Source: a virus
Lineage: Duplodnaviria; Caudoviricetes
IMG/VR virus record: IMGVR_UViG_3300033066_002238
Span: 4,440-68,439 of that record
Direction: 5' to 3' (one strand)
DNA: 64,000 bases
The position numbers were made by a program, and so were the translations under genes. Under the pieces are notes generated by a model that saw only the letters and a program-made list of their open reading frames with translations, was not told the DNA's origin and made no database searches. Shown here in pieces: positions 17,812 through 26,325 of this stretch (positions within the stretch are counted from its first letter, which is position 1; each line of letters begins with the position of its first letter).

Positions 17812-18677
17812 TCGAGCTGTGCGCCGGCTCGGCGGCGGTCGCGTGCGCCTGGATGAAGACCGAGTGCGCGCCGCCGCTGTACTGGCAGGGCAGCAAGAGG
17901 AGCTACGCCCGCCAGCTCCTGCCGCTCCTCGGCCTCGCGCCGGGGGCGGGCTGCAGCGAGCGCGTGGTGCTGTGCGAGCCGGGGCCGTGGGGCGAGGCCT
18001 GGACCCACTGGCGCACGGGCGCGGGGCTGCGCCACACCATCACGGCGCTGCGCGGGTGGATCGGGCAGGACCCGCGCACGCTCTGGCTCACGCTGCGCGA
18101 CCGCCCGGTGCCTGCGGACCCTGGCGAGCGCGTGGCGGTGTGGACGGTGCTGCAGTGGTGGAGCTACGGCAGCAAGCCCGTGCGGGCCGAGGGGGGCCGC
18201 TGGGTGACCGCGGGCATGGACACCGCTAAGGCCTACCGAGCGGAGGCGCGCAAGAAGGCGCTCGCGACCGGCAACAAGAGCGCCGAGTCGTGGGCACAAA
18301 AGAGCCAGCTCCTCGATATGGTGGTGCGGGCGCTCTCGCTCCTGCCGCCGCTCTCGGGCCTCACGGTGCTGCAGGCGCGCGCGCAGGACGTGACGCCTGT
18401 CCCTGGCGCCCTGGTGCTCATCGACCCGCCCTACAAGGGCACCACGTGCCAGTACGGCCATGAGTTCCCGCGGGCCGAGGTGCTCCTGGTGGCGCGCCGC
18501 TGGCACGACGCGGGCTGCCGCGTGGTCTTGTGCGAGCAGGAGCCGCTGCCGCTGCACGGCTGGCACAGCCGCCAGCTCGGCCGCGCCGCGAGCGGCGGGC
18601 GCACCTTCTCCGCCCAGCAGCAGGAGTGGATCACGATGAACTTCGAGCCGCGGGGCCAGGAGCAGCTGCGGCTATGA
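17805..18677 (+). CDS. N6-adenine DNA methyltransferase-like protein, permuted motif order
   Basis: N-terminal ELCAGSAAV (SAM-binding), then PLYWQGSK, and LIDPPY catalytic motif. Confidence 0.75.
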   Translation: MLIELCAGSAAVACAWMKTECAPPLYWQGSKRSYARQLLPLLGLAPGAGCSERVVLCEPGPWGEAWTHWRTGAGLRHTITALRGWIGQDPRTLWLTLRDRPVPADPGERVAVWTVLQWWSYGSKPVRAEGGRWVTAGMDTAKAYRAEARKKALATGNKSAESWAQKSQLLDMVVRALSLLPPLSGLTVLQARAQDVTPVPGALVLIDPPYKGTTCQYGHEFPRAEVLLVARRWHDAGCRVVLCEQEPLPLHGWHSRQLGRAASGGRTFSAQQQEWITMNFEPRGQEQLRL

Positions 18678-19029
18678 AACAGATGGAGGTGCCTGTGACT
18701 GGAATTATGCAGCAGTGGACTCATGCACTTGGCCTGCGTCAGCAGGGCGGAAGAGCACGACCTTCCTTATGGCCTGGGATCCCCACCTGTTCTACGCGAT
18801 GGCGATGCAGGTTGCCGGGGACCATGACTGCCTGCCGCATCACTACATCATGCATCTCGTCCACGCCGCAGAGGTCATCGGGTACAACCACCCTCAGGAC
18901 GAGATCCGGGGCCATTTCCGTAGCTGGTACCTGCTGATGTGCAGGAAGCTCCACGTCAACCCAGAGACGGAAGCGCAGATGAACGAACGCCTCAACGCCG
19001 ATGAAGAGACGTTCCTGGCTGGTCAGTGA
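18674..19029 (+). pseudogene. Frameshifted/internally deleted phage hypothetical gene
   Basis: Coupled ATG frame (..IMQQWTHALGLRQQG) switches to a second frame (..LPHHYIMHLVHAAEVIGYNHP..) near 18745. Confidence 0.4.
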
Positions 19030-19409
19030 AGAGCCGCGTCCTCATCGCCTGCGGCGGGCGCGACTTCCGCAGCGAGGAAGAGGCCTTCGCCTCTCTCGAC
19101 GAGGAGCACGCGCGGCACCCGATCGCGCTCGTCATCCACGGCGCTGCGCGGGGCGCAGACACCATCTGCGAGCGGTGGGCGCGCCTGCACCAGATCGACT
19201 ATCGGGGTTGCCCGGCGCGGTGGGCGGTGCACGGGAAGGCGGCGGGCCCGCGGCGAAACGCGAAGATGCTGCAGCTGCTCCTGCGCTACCGCGGGGAGGG
19301 CTGGCCGGTCGGCTGCTTCGCGCTGCCGGGGGGCACGGGCACGGCGCACATGGTGGGCCTGTGCCGCGCCGCGGGCGTGCCGATCCTGGGATGCTACGCC
19401 GCTGGGTGA
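19026..19409 (+). CDS. SLOG superfamily (YspA/DUF2493-like) protein
   Basis: VLIACGGRDF, VIHGAARGAD, W..HGKAAGPRRN, GGTGT. Confidence 0.85.
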   Translation: MKSRVLIACGGRDFRSEEEAFASLDEEHARHPIALVIHGAARGADTICERWARLHQIDYRGCPARWAVHGKAAGPRRNAKMLQLLLRYRGEGWPVGCFALPGGTGTAHMVGLCRAAGVPILGCYAAG

Positions 19410-19442
19410 TACCCTGGCAGCGTGGCACCCTGCGCAGCGCCT

Positions 19443-19823
19443 CTACACCCGCTCCACAAGCCCGGGGAGGGTGAGCGTGGTGCGATCGAACTCCAGCCGG
19501 TACAGCGAGCCGCTGAGCGTCCACACCTCGTAGGGCATGTGCCGCGTGTCGTGCTCGATCTCGCGGATGGCCGACGACCACCACACGTAGCCCCCAGGGA
19601 GGCGCAGGCACAGGGGGCGCCCGGTGCGCACCGCCTGCCCGGCCTGCTCATGAGGGAGGTGCGCATCAGGGTCGGCGATCTGTGCGCGCAGCACCCCGTC
19701 ATCCCCGATCCGCTTGCGGATGAAGATCGCGAGGTGGCCGCTGATCGGCTCGGCCGCGAAGACGCTCGGCCTGTCGCTGCCCGTGGCCCGGGTAGCGATC
19801 TTTCTTACCTGCACTCGGAGCAC
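19443..19823 (-). CDS. Hypothetical protein
   Basis: AAAGGAGG RBS before GTG; WTLSGSLYRL tail. Confidence 0.6.
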   Translation of the reverse strand: MLRVQVRKIATRATGSDRPSVFAAEPISGHLAIFIRKRIGDDGVLRAQIADPDAHLPHEQAGQAVRTGRPLCLRLPGGYVWWSSAIREIEHDTRHMPYEVWTLSGSLYRLEFDRTTLTLPGLVERV

Positions 19824-19899
19824 AGCTGCACCTCCTTTCCGGGGTGGCGTTTGCGCACAGATTCAATCACAGCAGCAGCCGTGCCTGCTCCGACGCAGC

Positions 19900-19998
19900 C
19901 CTCCTTGTCCCCGAAGATCCAGTGACCGAACCAACCATCAAAGGTCTGCTGCAGGCGCAGCAGGACGACAGAACTGCGCATGAGCCTCCTTGTCCCCG
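19900..19998. repeat. 14 bp direct repeat CCTCCTTGTCCCCG x2
   Basis: Copies at 19900-19913 and 19985-19998 in an AT-richer divergent intergenic region. Confidence 0.7.
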
Positions 19999-20038
19999 TG
20001 ATACGGGCAGATTATCAGGAAGTTCTGACATAGCGACA

Positions 20039-20317
20039 ATGGTCGTATCTGCTGCGCGCGTTGTGGTCGTATCTGCCGCGGCCCCCACGCCGCTGCAGCT
20101 CCAGGTGCTGCGGGCGTGCCCCACCTGGCGCCGACCCGCGGACCTGAGGGGCATCGCCGCGGAGCCCTACCACCTGCTCGCGCGCCTCGTGCGTCTTGGG
20201 TGGCTGGAGAAGGAGGAGCGCGCGCCGCAGCGCCTGCGCCGCGACCGGGGCAAGAAGCGCCGCCGCCGCGTGTACCGCATCTCGGCGGCCGGGGCTGCTA
20301 TCCTGGCATCGCTGTGA
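20039..20317 (+). CDS. Winged-helix (PadR-like) DNA-binding protein
   Basis: LARLVRLGWL...RRRVYRISAAGAAIL wing motif. Confidence 0.65.
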   Translation: MVVSAARVVVVSAAAPTPLQLQVLRACPTWRRPADLRGIAAEPYHLLARLVRLGWLEKEERAPQRLRRDRGKKRRRRVYRISAAGAAILASL

Positions 20318-20535
20318 CCATTGACCCAACTGCACCTTTATTTCAGGCTCTCCTCGTGATGCTGGCGTTCCATCTGGTGCTGCCGCCGCTGTGGGCGGCC
20401 TTCGTGGACGGGTACACGGCGATCGTTCTGGCGCATGCGCAGGCGCGCGCCATCGAGAAGAGCGCGACCCTCATTGCGGCTGCACGGGCCGATGTGATTC
20501 GGCTCGGCACAAGGAAGGCATCCCGTGGATCCTGA
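20314..20535 (+). CDS. Small membrane protein
   Basis: One TM helix, GTGA-coupled. Confidence 0.55.
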   Translation: MTIDPTAPLFQALLVMLAFHLVLPPLWAAFVDGYTAIVLAHAQARAIEKSATLIAAARADVIRLGTRKASRGS

Positions 20536-20818
20536 CACCCTGCGCATGGCACGTGCCTGGCGCCTCCGCACGCTCGGGCTCCTCATCGCCCTTGGGCTCG
20601 CGGGCGCACGCCCGCTCCCTTCGCCGCCCCCGGCCCCCGCGGCGCGCCCTGTCGCCGCTCCGCCGCGGATGCTGGAGGCCAAGTCAAAGACCTGCGACCC
20701 CGCCTGCAAGGCCCCGGAGATCTGCGCCGACGGCACCTGCGCGATGCCCGCGAACAAGGTCCACGGCGAGCCGCACAGCGCGGCGCAGGTGCTGTGGACC
20801 TTCGAGACGCTGCGCTAG
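20525..20818 (+). CDS. Small secreted/anchored Cys-rich protein
   Basis: LGLLIALGLAG signal-like segment, Pro linker, CDPACKAPEICADGTC. Confidence 0.55.
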   Translation: MDPDTLRMARAWRLRTLGLLIALGLAGARPLPSPPPAPAARPVAAPPRMLEAKSKTCDPACKAPEICADGTCAMPANKVHGEPHSAAQVLWTFETLR

Positions 20819-20860
20819 CTGCCCCCTGCGCTGACCAGGCTCGGGTGATACGCTTCCCCT

Positions 20861-21961
20861 ATGTCCACGCTGCCGATCGTCAACGACTTCCCCACTGCCG
20901 CGCCGGGCTCTCTCGGGGCGGTGCAACTAAATGGCCCAAGGGCGCTGCTGGAGCTGTACAGCGAGAGCGACCGCCTCAGCGCACAGCTGCTCGTCTACGG
21001 CATCTCCTCGAAGTGGCTCCCCGTGGGCGACCTGCTCACCGTGGACGGCACGGGCGGAGACACGGTGCAGGCGCGCCTCAAGCGCAGCACGCGCCGCATC
21101 TTCGACGTGGAGCAGACCGCCTACTACCTGCTGTGGCGCACCACCGCGGCGGGCAGCGCGTCGGCGCAGGTGGCGGACCTGGGCACCGGCGGCGGCGGGG
21201 GCCTCCTCATCCAGCCGATCGCCGCGGGCAACATCACGCTGCTCGCGGGCCAGCTCGTCGGCTTCAGCGTCTCGGGCGACACGGTAAACGGCGTGGGCGC
21301 GCCGATCACCGTGGAACTCGGCGCGGCCGACGTGCGCAACGCATGGACGGTGCTCATCACCATCGCCGCGGTGACGACGGACAGCGGCGCCGAGACCCAC
21401 CACGCGGGCGCCGCGGGGCTTTTCAGCGTCGTGTCCGATGGCCTCGGCGTCGTGGCGCTGCAGCTCGCGACCCCGGTCGGGGACGATGAGGTGAACACCC
21501 TGGCGGGCGATGGCAAGGCGGTGCCATCGGTCTCCATCGTGAACAACAAGGTGGTGCTCACCTTCACCCTCGGTGGCGACCTGGGGATCCGGTCCTACCT
21601 GAGCCTGGGGGGCAACTTCGACACGGTGCTGCAGGCCTCGCCCGCGGGCCCCGGGGGCAACGCCATCACCATCGCCACCGTGGCCGACTCGGGCACCAAG
21701 GCGGGCTCGCTCACCAAGAGCGGCAACGCGATCACCCTGCACTACAAGGACGGCGTGAGCACCGTGGCCGACATGGAGGCGCTCTTCGCGACGCCGGTCT
21801 CTGTCACCTACGGCACCGTCTCGGTGAAGACCGCAGGCACGGGATCGACCATCCTCGCGGCGCCGGGCGACACCCACAGCGCTACGGCCATGGCCTTCGG
21901 GGACGCGCCCAAGCCGACGAGCTTCAACGTGTCGGGGATCGTGACTGCGGCCAGGCCCTAG
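20861..21961 (+). CDS. Putative virion decoration protein, paralogue of 41820-42674
   Basis: Shared N-terminal domain (LLVYG..SKW.P..LTVDGT..D..RR.FDVEQ.A.YLLW); Gly/Thr/Ala beta-rich C-terminus. Confidence 0.7.
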   Translation: MSTLPIVNDFPTAAPGSLGAVQLNGPRALLELYSESDRLSAQLLVYGISSKWLPVGDLLTVDGTGGDTVQARLKRSTRRIFDVEQTAYYLLWRTTAAGSASAQVADLGTGGGGGLLIQPIAAGNITLLAGQLVGFSVSGDTVNGVGAPITVELGAADVRNAWTVLITIAAVTTDSGAETHHAGAAGLFSVVSDGLGVVALQLATPVGDDEVNTLAGDGKAVPSVSIVNNKVVLTFTLGGDLGIRSYLSLGGNFDTVLQASPAGPGGNAITIATVADSGTKAGSLTKSGNAITLHYKDGVSTVADMEALFATPVSVTYGTVSVKTAGTGSTILAAPGDTHSATAMAFGDAPKPTSFNVSGIVTAARP

Positions 21962-22482
21962 CCAGCGAAGGGGAGGCGGACGAAGCCCGCGAAGTCGCGC
22001 GGAGGGCGATCGGCCCAGCTGAGGGTGTCGCCGTGGTTGCCGTCCATGGTCTGGATGCTGGTGGCGCTCGTGGGGAGCGCGATCACGCACACGTGGCCGC
22101 GGTCGGTCTGGGGGTTGTAGATGACCGCCACGTCGCCGGGCAGGGCCTTGCTGAGCGGCACCATCGCGCCGAACTTCTCGGCGAAGCGCAGCCACCCGCT
22201 CGCGCCACCCAGGCCATGCCACTCGTCGAGAGGGCAGGGCGTGATGTCGAGCTGGTCATAGGCCTCGCGCGCGAGGTACTCGCAGGCCAGGGCGCACCAC
22301 ATGGCCCCCTTGAGATAGCGGTTGCCGTAGCGGCCCTTGTATCCCTGCAGGTACTTGTCGATCAGCGGTCCCTTGTTCGCGCCCGACGGCTCCTCGTGCA
22401 CGCCGAGGTCGCGCTGGTACAGCTCCAGCAGGCGTCGGGCGACGGGGGTCGGAGCGAGGTCGAAGGCGGGGGTCTTGCTCAT
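21958..22482 (-). CDS. CHAP-family amidase (endolysin)
   Basis: LGVHE..GAN.GP.IDKY, WCA (Cys), GHV (His), DGN. Confidence 0.8.
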   Translation of the reverse strand: MSKTPAFDLAPTPVARRLLELYQRDLGVHEEPSGANKGPLIDKYLQGYKGRYGNRYLKGAMWCALACEYLAREAYDQLDITPCPLDEWHGLGGASGWLRFAEKFGAMVPLSKALPGDVAVIYNPQTDRGHVCVIALPTSATSIQTMDGNHGDTLSWADRPPRDFAGFVRLPFAG

Positions 22483-23111
22483 GGGGTGGTGCCTCTCTCG
22501 GGCGCGGTGATGGTGAGATGGTGCCAGCCCTCGAAGAGCTCTGCGGGCCGCGCCTGGCCAGCAGGCACCACGACGACGATGCTGCCGCCGACGTTCATAC
22601 GCGTGAGCACCACGTTCTGCAGCCATCCAAAGCGCGGCGCTGCGTGGAGCTCGTCAATCGCTTCCCGCCCGAAGGGATCGACGAACGCGAGGTCGATGCC
22701 TCGGCCCGTGAGCGGCGCGCCCGGAGGCGCTGCGTGCAGGCGCCCGCGCTCCTGGGTGGTGTACGCAGATGGGAAGGCGGACGGGATCAGGGCCGGGCCG
22801 CACAGGGACGCGATGCGCCGCAGCCCGCGCAGCGTCTCTTCCTGGCTGCGCGCGCCATAGAGGATGTCGCCCTCGGGGTTGCGCAGCACGCGGTGGCAGG
22901 CGGCAGCGAGGAAGAGCGAGGTGATGGCACACTCGACAGGGGGGCGCTCGATGAGGATCCGGTGCTGCGCGGCGCCTCGCGTGATCTCGTCGAGGAAGGC
23001 GCACAGGTTCTCCTGGTGGGGCTGCACGGTGACGCCGGGCACTAGGAGCGGGATGAACTCGCGCAGGGGGTTCAGACAGGCGGAGCGGGTGAGCCACAGT
23101 GCGAGCTTCAT
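22479..23111 (-). CDS. Degenerate terminase large subunit ATPase-domain paralogue
   Basis: Collinear with TerL N-domain: REFIP, RILIERPP(VECAIT), GAPLTGRG, FVDP, GWLQNVVLTRMNVGGSIVV; no nuclease domain. Confidence 0.75.
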   Translation of the reverse strand: MKLALWLTRSACLNPLREFIPLLVPGVTVQPHQENLCAFLDEITRGAAQHRILIERPPVECAITSLFLAAACHRVLRNPEGDILYGARSQEETLRGLRRIASLCGPALIPSAFPSAYTTQERGRLHAAPPGAPLTGRGIDLAFVDPFGREAIDELHAAPRFGWLQNVVLTRMNVGGSIVVVVPAGQARPAELFEGWHHLTITAPERGTTP

Positions 23112-23320
23112 GGGGTTCCCTCGAAGGTCTTGCGGGTCAGGGCCTCTTCCGTGCGGGCGGCAGCGTCCAGGGCGCTCTCGGGGCCGAGCAGCTGCTTCAG
23201 GCGATCGACGAGCGGCGCGGTGTCCGGGGCGGCGAGGGCCTCGATCGCGGCGATGACCGCGGGCAGGGCCTTGGCGCCGGCCTCGATGATCGCGTCCAGG
23301 GGGCTCATGGAATCAGCCAC
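23108..23320 (-). CDS. Small lysis-cassette protein
   Basis: Coupled helical ORF. Confidence 0.6.
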   Translation of the reverse strand: MADSMSPLDAIIEAGAKALPAVIAAIEALAAPDTAPLVDRLKQLLGPESALDAAARTEEALTRKTFEGTP

Positions 23321-24227
23321 GGGGCGCCTCCTCCCCGGACACCCACCCAGGGCCGCCCGGGAGCTGGCACAGCGCCATCAGGCCGCACAGGCTGGAGACG
23401 GCGTAGCCGATCTCGCGCCGCAGCTGCGGGCGCTGGCACTGCTCGATCTGGCGCGCCTCCCCGGGCCAGGCGCCCTCCGCCGGGGTGGGCTCGTCGTCAT
23501 CCCACCAGCTCCGCCAGGTGACGCCCTCCTCGTAGGCGAAGAGCAGTCGGCCATCGGGCCGGAAGCACGCCGACAGGCCAGCGGTGATCGGCGGCTGGGC
23601 CGCGGCGGGGGGCGCTGCGACGGGCGGCGCGGTGATCGGTGGCGCTGGCGCGGGCAGCGGCGCAGGAGCAGGCGGTGCTGGCGCGGCTGGAGGCGCGGGA
23701 GCAGGCGGCGGCGCGCACGCGGGCGCGATCGGCGGCTGCTGGCCCGCGGTGAGCGCCTCCGCGGCCAGGCACAGACCCTCCGCGGTGCTCCTCAGCCATG
23801 GGCTGGGGGCGACGCCGAGCGCGGGCAGCGCCCGCAGGATGTCCGACACCAGGCTCACCGATCCGGCGGTGGCCAGGAGCGCCTGGCGCTCGCGATCGGG
23901 GGCCTTGGCGGCATCGACCACCGCGCCCGCGTCCAGGATCGCTGCGCGGCCGAGGTTCACAGCGGCCCGCAGCTTCTCCCAGGGCTCCATGCGCTTCTGC
24001 CACTCGGCCAGCGCCTTGTCGCTGCCGCCGGGGCCGCTTCGCGCGAGCTGGAGCAGCTGTGGGTCTTCACGGGCCGCGCGGGCCGCGCGCGAGTACAGCG
24101 GCGCGGTGGTCTTGTCGACCATGTTGATCACCGCGGCGCTGGTGATGATGACGCGCCGGGTGGCCGTAGCGCAGCCCCCCAGCAAGATCAGGCACAGGAG
24201 AAGGAGCGATCGTCTGGTGTGTCCCAT
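23313..24227 (-). CDS. Lipoprotein in lysis cassette (spanin candidate)
   Basis: Lipobox LLGGC after hydrophobic signal; Pro/Ala linker. Confidence 0.65.
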   Translation of the reverse strand: MGHTRRSLLLLCLILLGGCATATRRVIITSAAVINMVDKTTAPLYSRAARAAREDPQLLQLARSGPGGSDKALAEWQKRMEPWEKLRAAVNLGRAAILDAGAVVDAAKAPDRERQALLATAGSVSLVSDILRALPALGVAPSPWLRSTAEGLCLAAEALTAGQQPPIAPACAPPPAPAPPAAPAPPAPAPLPAPAPPITAPPVAAPPAAAQPPITAGLSACFRPDGRLLFAYEEGVTWRSWWDDDEPTPAEGAWPGEARQIEQCQRPQLRREIGYAVSSLCGLMALCQLPGGPGWVSGEEAPRG

Positions 24228-24290
24228 GCGTCGATCGTAGCAGATCGGCCTGCTTGATCACGCGATCCAAAGCAAGCTATAAAGCTTGCC
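24228..24290. promoter_or_regulatory. Back-to-back promoters with palindromic operators
   Basis: Minus TGC-TACGAT-N6-ATG; plus TTGATC-N18-TATAAA-N7-ATG; GCAAGCT-ATAA-AGCTTGC; TTGATCACGCGATC. Confidence 0.65.
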
Positions 24291-25055
24291 ATGACACACA
24301 CCGCAGACGACAGGTCCCCTCTCGACGAACTCACCGGTGCCGACGACTGGCGCACGGTCCACATCGAGCCCACCGCGGCCCGCACGGTGACGGAGGCCAT
24401 GGTGCTCCTCGCCCGCCGCGCCGCCGAGAAGGCGCTGGAGCCACAGGCGCCCACCCCGCCCCCCGAGGGCGTGAACGGCCACCAAGTGCTGCAGCCGCAG
24501 GGCGTGCCGTGGGCGCACATCTCGCGCCTGCTCGGCATGATGATCCCGTGGCTGCAGAAGTCGAGCGGCACGGGCCCGCGGCCCAAGCCCTTCTCGCGCG
24601 AGGCCGATCTCTTCTTCCCCCACGTCACCGCAGGCGCCATCCGCTGGGCCTATGACGAGCTCGCGCGCGTGGTCGATGAGCCGGCGCAGCTCGCGCTCGC
24701 AGGCGCCCTGCATCAGGTGCCTATCGCGTCGAGGGAGAAGAGCCAGGGCATCATGGCGGTGTGGATGCACCTCATCGCCACCGCCAAGGCTCACGCGGCG
24801 GCGCTGCCGCAGGTGCAGGTGGTGGACGGCCCAAGCGGCAGGCAGCTGGCGGTGCAGGTGGGCAACATCATGCAACCGGTCTCCCAGGCGCAGGCGGCGG
24901 CCTGGCAGCAGGAGCGGATGCAGGTGGTGAGCTTGCGGGAGATGCTGATCTACGAGGCGACGGTGCTCTCGTACCGGCTTACCGGCCTTGACTGGCGGCA
25001 GAAGCCTGCGGAGCCGGCGCAGGCCCAGACGGCGCAGGAGAAGCCTTCGGCCTGA
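24291..25055 (+). CDS. Hypothetical protein inserted antisense in lysis cassette
   Basis: Own promoter, strong GC3 bias. Confidence 0.75.
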   Translation: MTHTADDRSPLDELTGADDWRTVHIEPTAARTVTEAMVLLARRAAEKALEPQAPTPPPEGVNGHQVLQPQGVPWAHISRLLGMMIPWLQKSSGTGPRPKPFSREADLFFPHVTAGAIRWAYDELARVVDEPAQLALAGALHQVPIASREKSQGIMAVWMHLIATAKAHAAALPQVQVVDGPSGRQLAVQVGNIMQPVSQAQAAAWQQERMQVVSLREMLIYEATVLSYRLTGLDWRQKPAEPAQAQTAQEKPSA

Positions 25056-25275
25056 ACAGGGTCCACAGCCCGAAGGGCGCCTGCCAGGAGCCGCGCACGT
25101 CCTTCGGGGTGATGAGGCTGAGGAACCGCAGCGCCATCGCCAGCACGTAGGCCACCCCCCGCAGCGCCTTCACCCGCAAGAATCCCGTGATCACCGTGGG
25201 GAGGAAGGCGATCACAAGACCCCGGTGCAGCGGGTCCTGCAGCCACAGCCAGCTAGCGAGAAGGAGCCCCCGCAT
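24979..25275 (-). CDS. Holin candidate
   Basis: Two hydrophobic helices, TGATG-coupled after last structural gene, near endolysin. Confidence 0.5.
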   Translation of the reverse strand: MRGLLLASWLWLQDPLHRGLVIAFLPTVITGFLRVKALRGVAYVLAMALRFLSLITPKDVRGSWQAPFGLWTLFRPKASPAPSGPAPAPQASAASQGR

Positions 25276-26258
25276 CAGACCAGGCGCAGCGCCTTGGAGG
25301 CGCTCGGCGCGTTGCGGATGTGGGCGTTCACCTTCGTCTGGATGAGCGCCGCGTTCGAGATCAGCAGCGCGACGCTGGTGGTCGGGAACGTGCCCGCGGC
25401 CAGCGTGTTCGAGCTGTCGGCGCCCTCATGGAACGTCGTGCTCACGCGGTGGGCGCTGTAGCTCGTGTTGATGGCGTCGCACAGGGTGAACAGGCCCGCC
25501 GGGTAGGAGACGCTCGCGGCGCCGATGGTGTTGTCGGTGTCGTCGCCGTCGGCGCCCGTGTGGTAGCTGCCGCCGGTGTTCGCCATGTGGGCGTTCAGGT
25601 CCGTCTTCAGCTCGTTCACCAGGGTCTTGATCGTGTCCCAGTCATCGCCGTTGGCGTTGGCCGAGGTGATGACGTTGGTCACGTCGGCGGCGCCGTGCAC
25701 GCCGCCCGCGGTGAAGGCGACGTGCGCGTTGCACTGCGACTTGGCGTTGTTGAGCTCGATCGCGAGCTCGTACTTGTCGCTGATCGTGCTGGAGGTGGAT
25801 CCCAGGATGTTGGTGCTGTCCACCGCGCCGTGGTAGCTCCCGGTCGACTCGTCGGGCTTCTTGTTGGCGATGTGGTGGGCGTAGGAGGTACGCCACGCCA
25901 GGTACAGGGTCTTCGCGGCGAGGAAGAAGGCGGCCTCCAGCGCGGCGCCGTCCATGTCGGAGGCGGCGATGGTGTTCGAGTTGTCGGCGGCCTTGTGGGC
26001 GTAGGTCTTGCTGCCGTCGCTCGCGTTGTGGCGCTGGTAGTGGTCGTTCAGGACCGACTTCGCCAGGTTCAGGGTGGTGGCCACGGTGGCGATGGTCGTC
26101 GGGGCGCTGCCCGACACGTACACCTCGGTGCCGTCGGACTGCACCTCGCTGCCGTCGTAGTGCGAAAGGCCCGTGAAGTCGCTCTGGCGGTGGTTGCCGT
26201 TGATCGCGCGCACAACGGCGGCGTGCGGGGCGCTGGCGGTGGGGACCTGGAATGCCAT
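25275..26258 (-). CDS. Virion fibre-like protein with His-containing tandem repeats
   Basis: Five to six repeats of helix-NAH...H.(A/G)AD..N.I. Confidence 0.7.
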   Translation of the reverse strand: MAFQVPTASAPHAAVVRAINGNHRQSDFTGLSHYDGSEVQSDGTEVYVSGSAPTTIATVATTLNLAKSVLNDHYQRHNASDGSKTYAHKAADNSNTIAASDMDGAALEAAFFLAAKTLYLAWRTSYAHHIANKKPDESTGSYHGAVDSTNILGSTSSTISDKYELAIELNNAKSQCNAHVAFTAGGVHGAADVTNVITSANANGDDWDTIKTLVNELKTDLNAHMANTGGSYHTGADGDDTDNTIGAASVSYPAGLFTLCDAINTSYSAHRVSTTFHEGADSSNTLAAGTFPTTSVALLISNAALIQTKVNAHIRNAPSASKALRLV

Positions 26259-26325
26259 GGGGTGCCTCCTCAGGAGATGATCGGATCGGGTCTGCCTGAT
26301 CATCGCATGGGGGGCGGACGCGGCG

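Noticed and set aside
23580-23730. GC-rich tandem-looking repeats
   Set aside because: Simply encode the Pro/Ala linker of the lipoprotein
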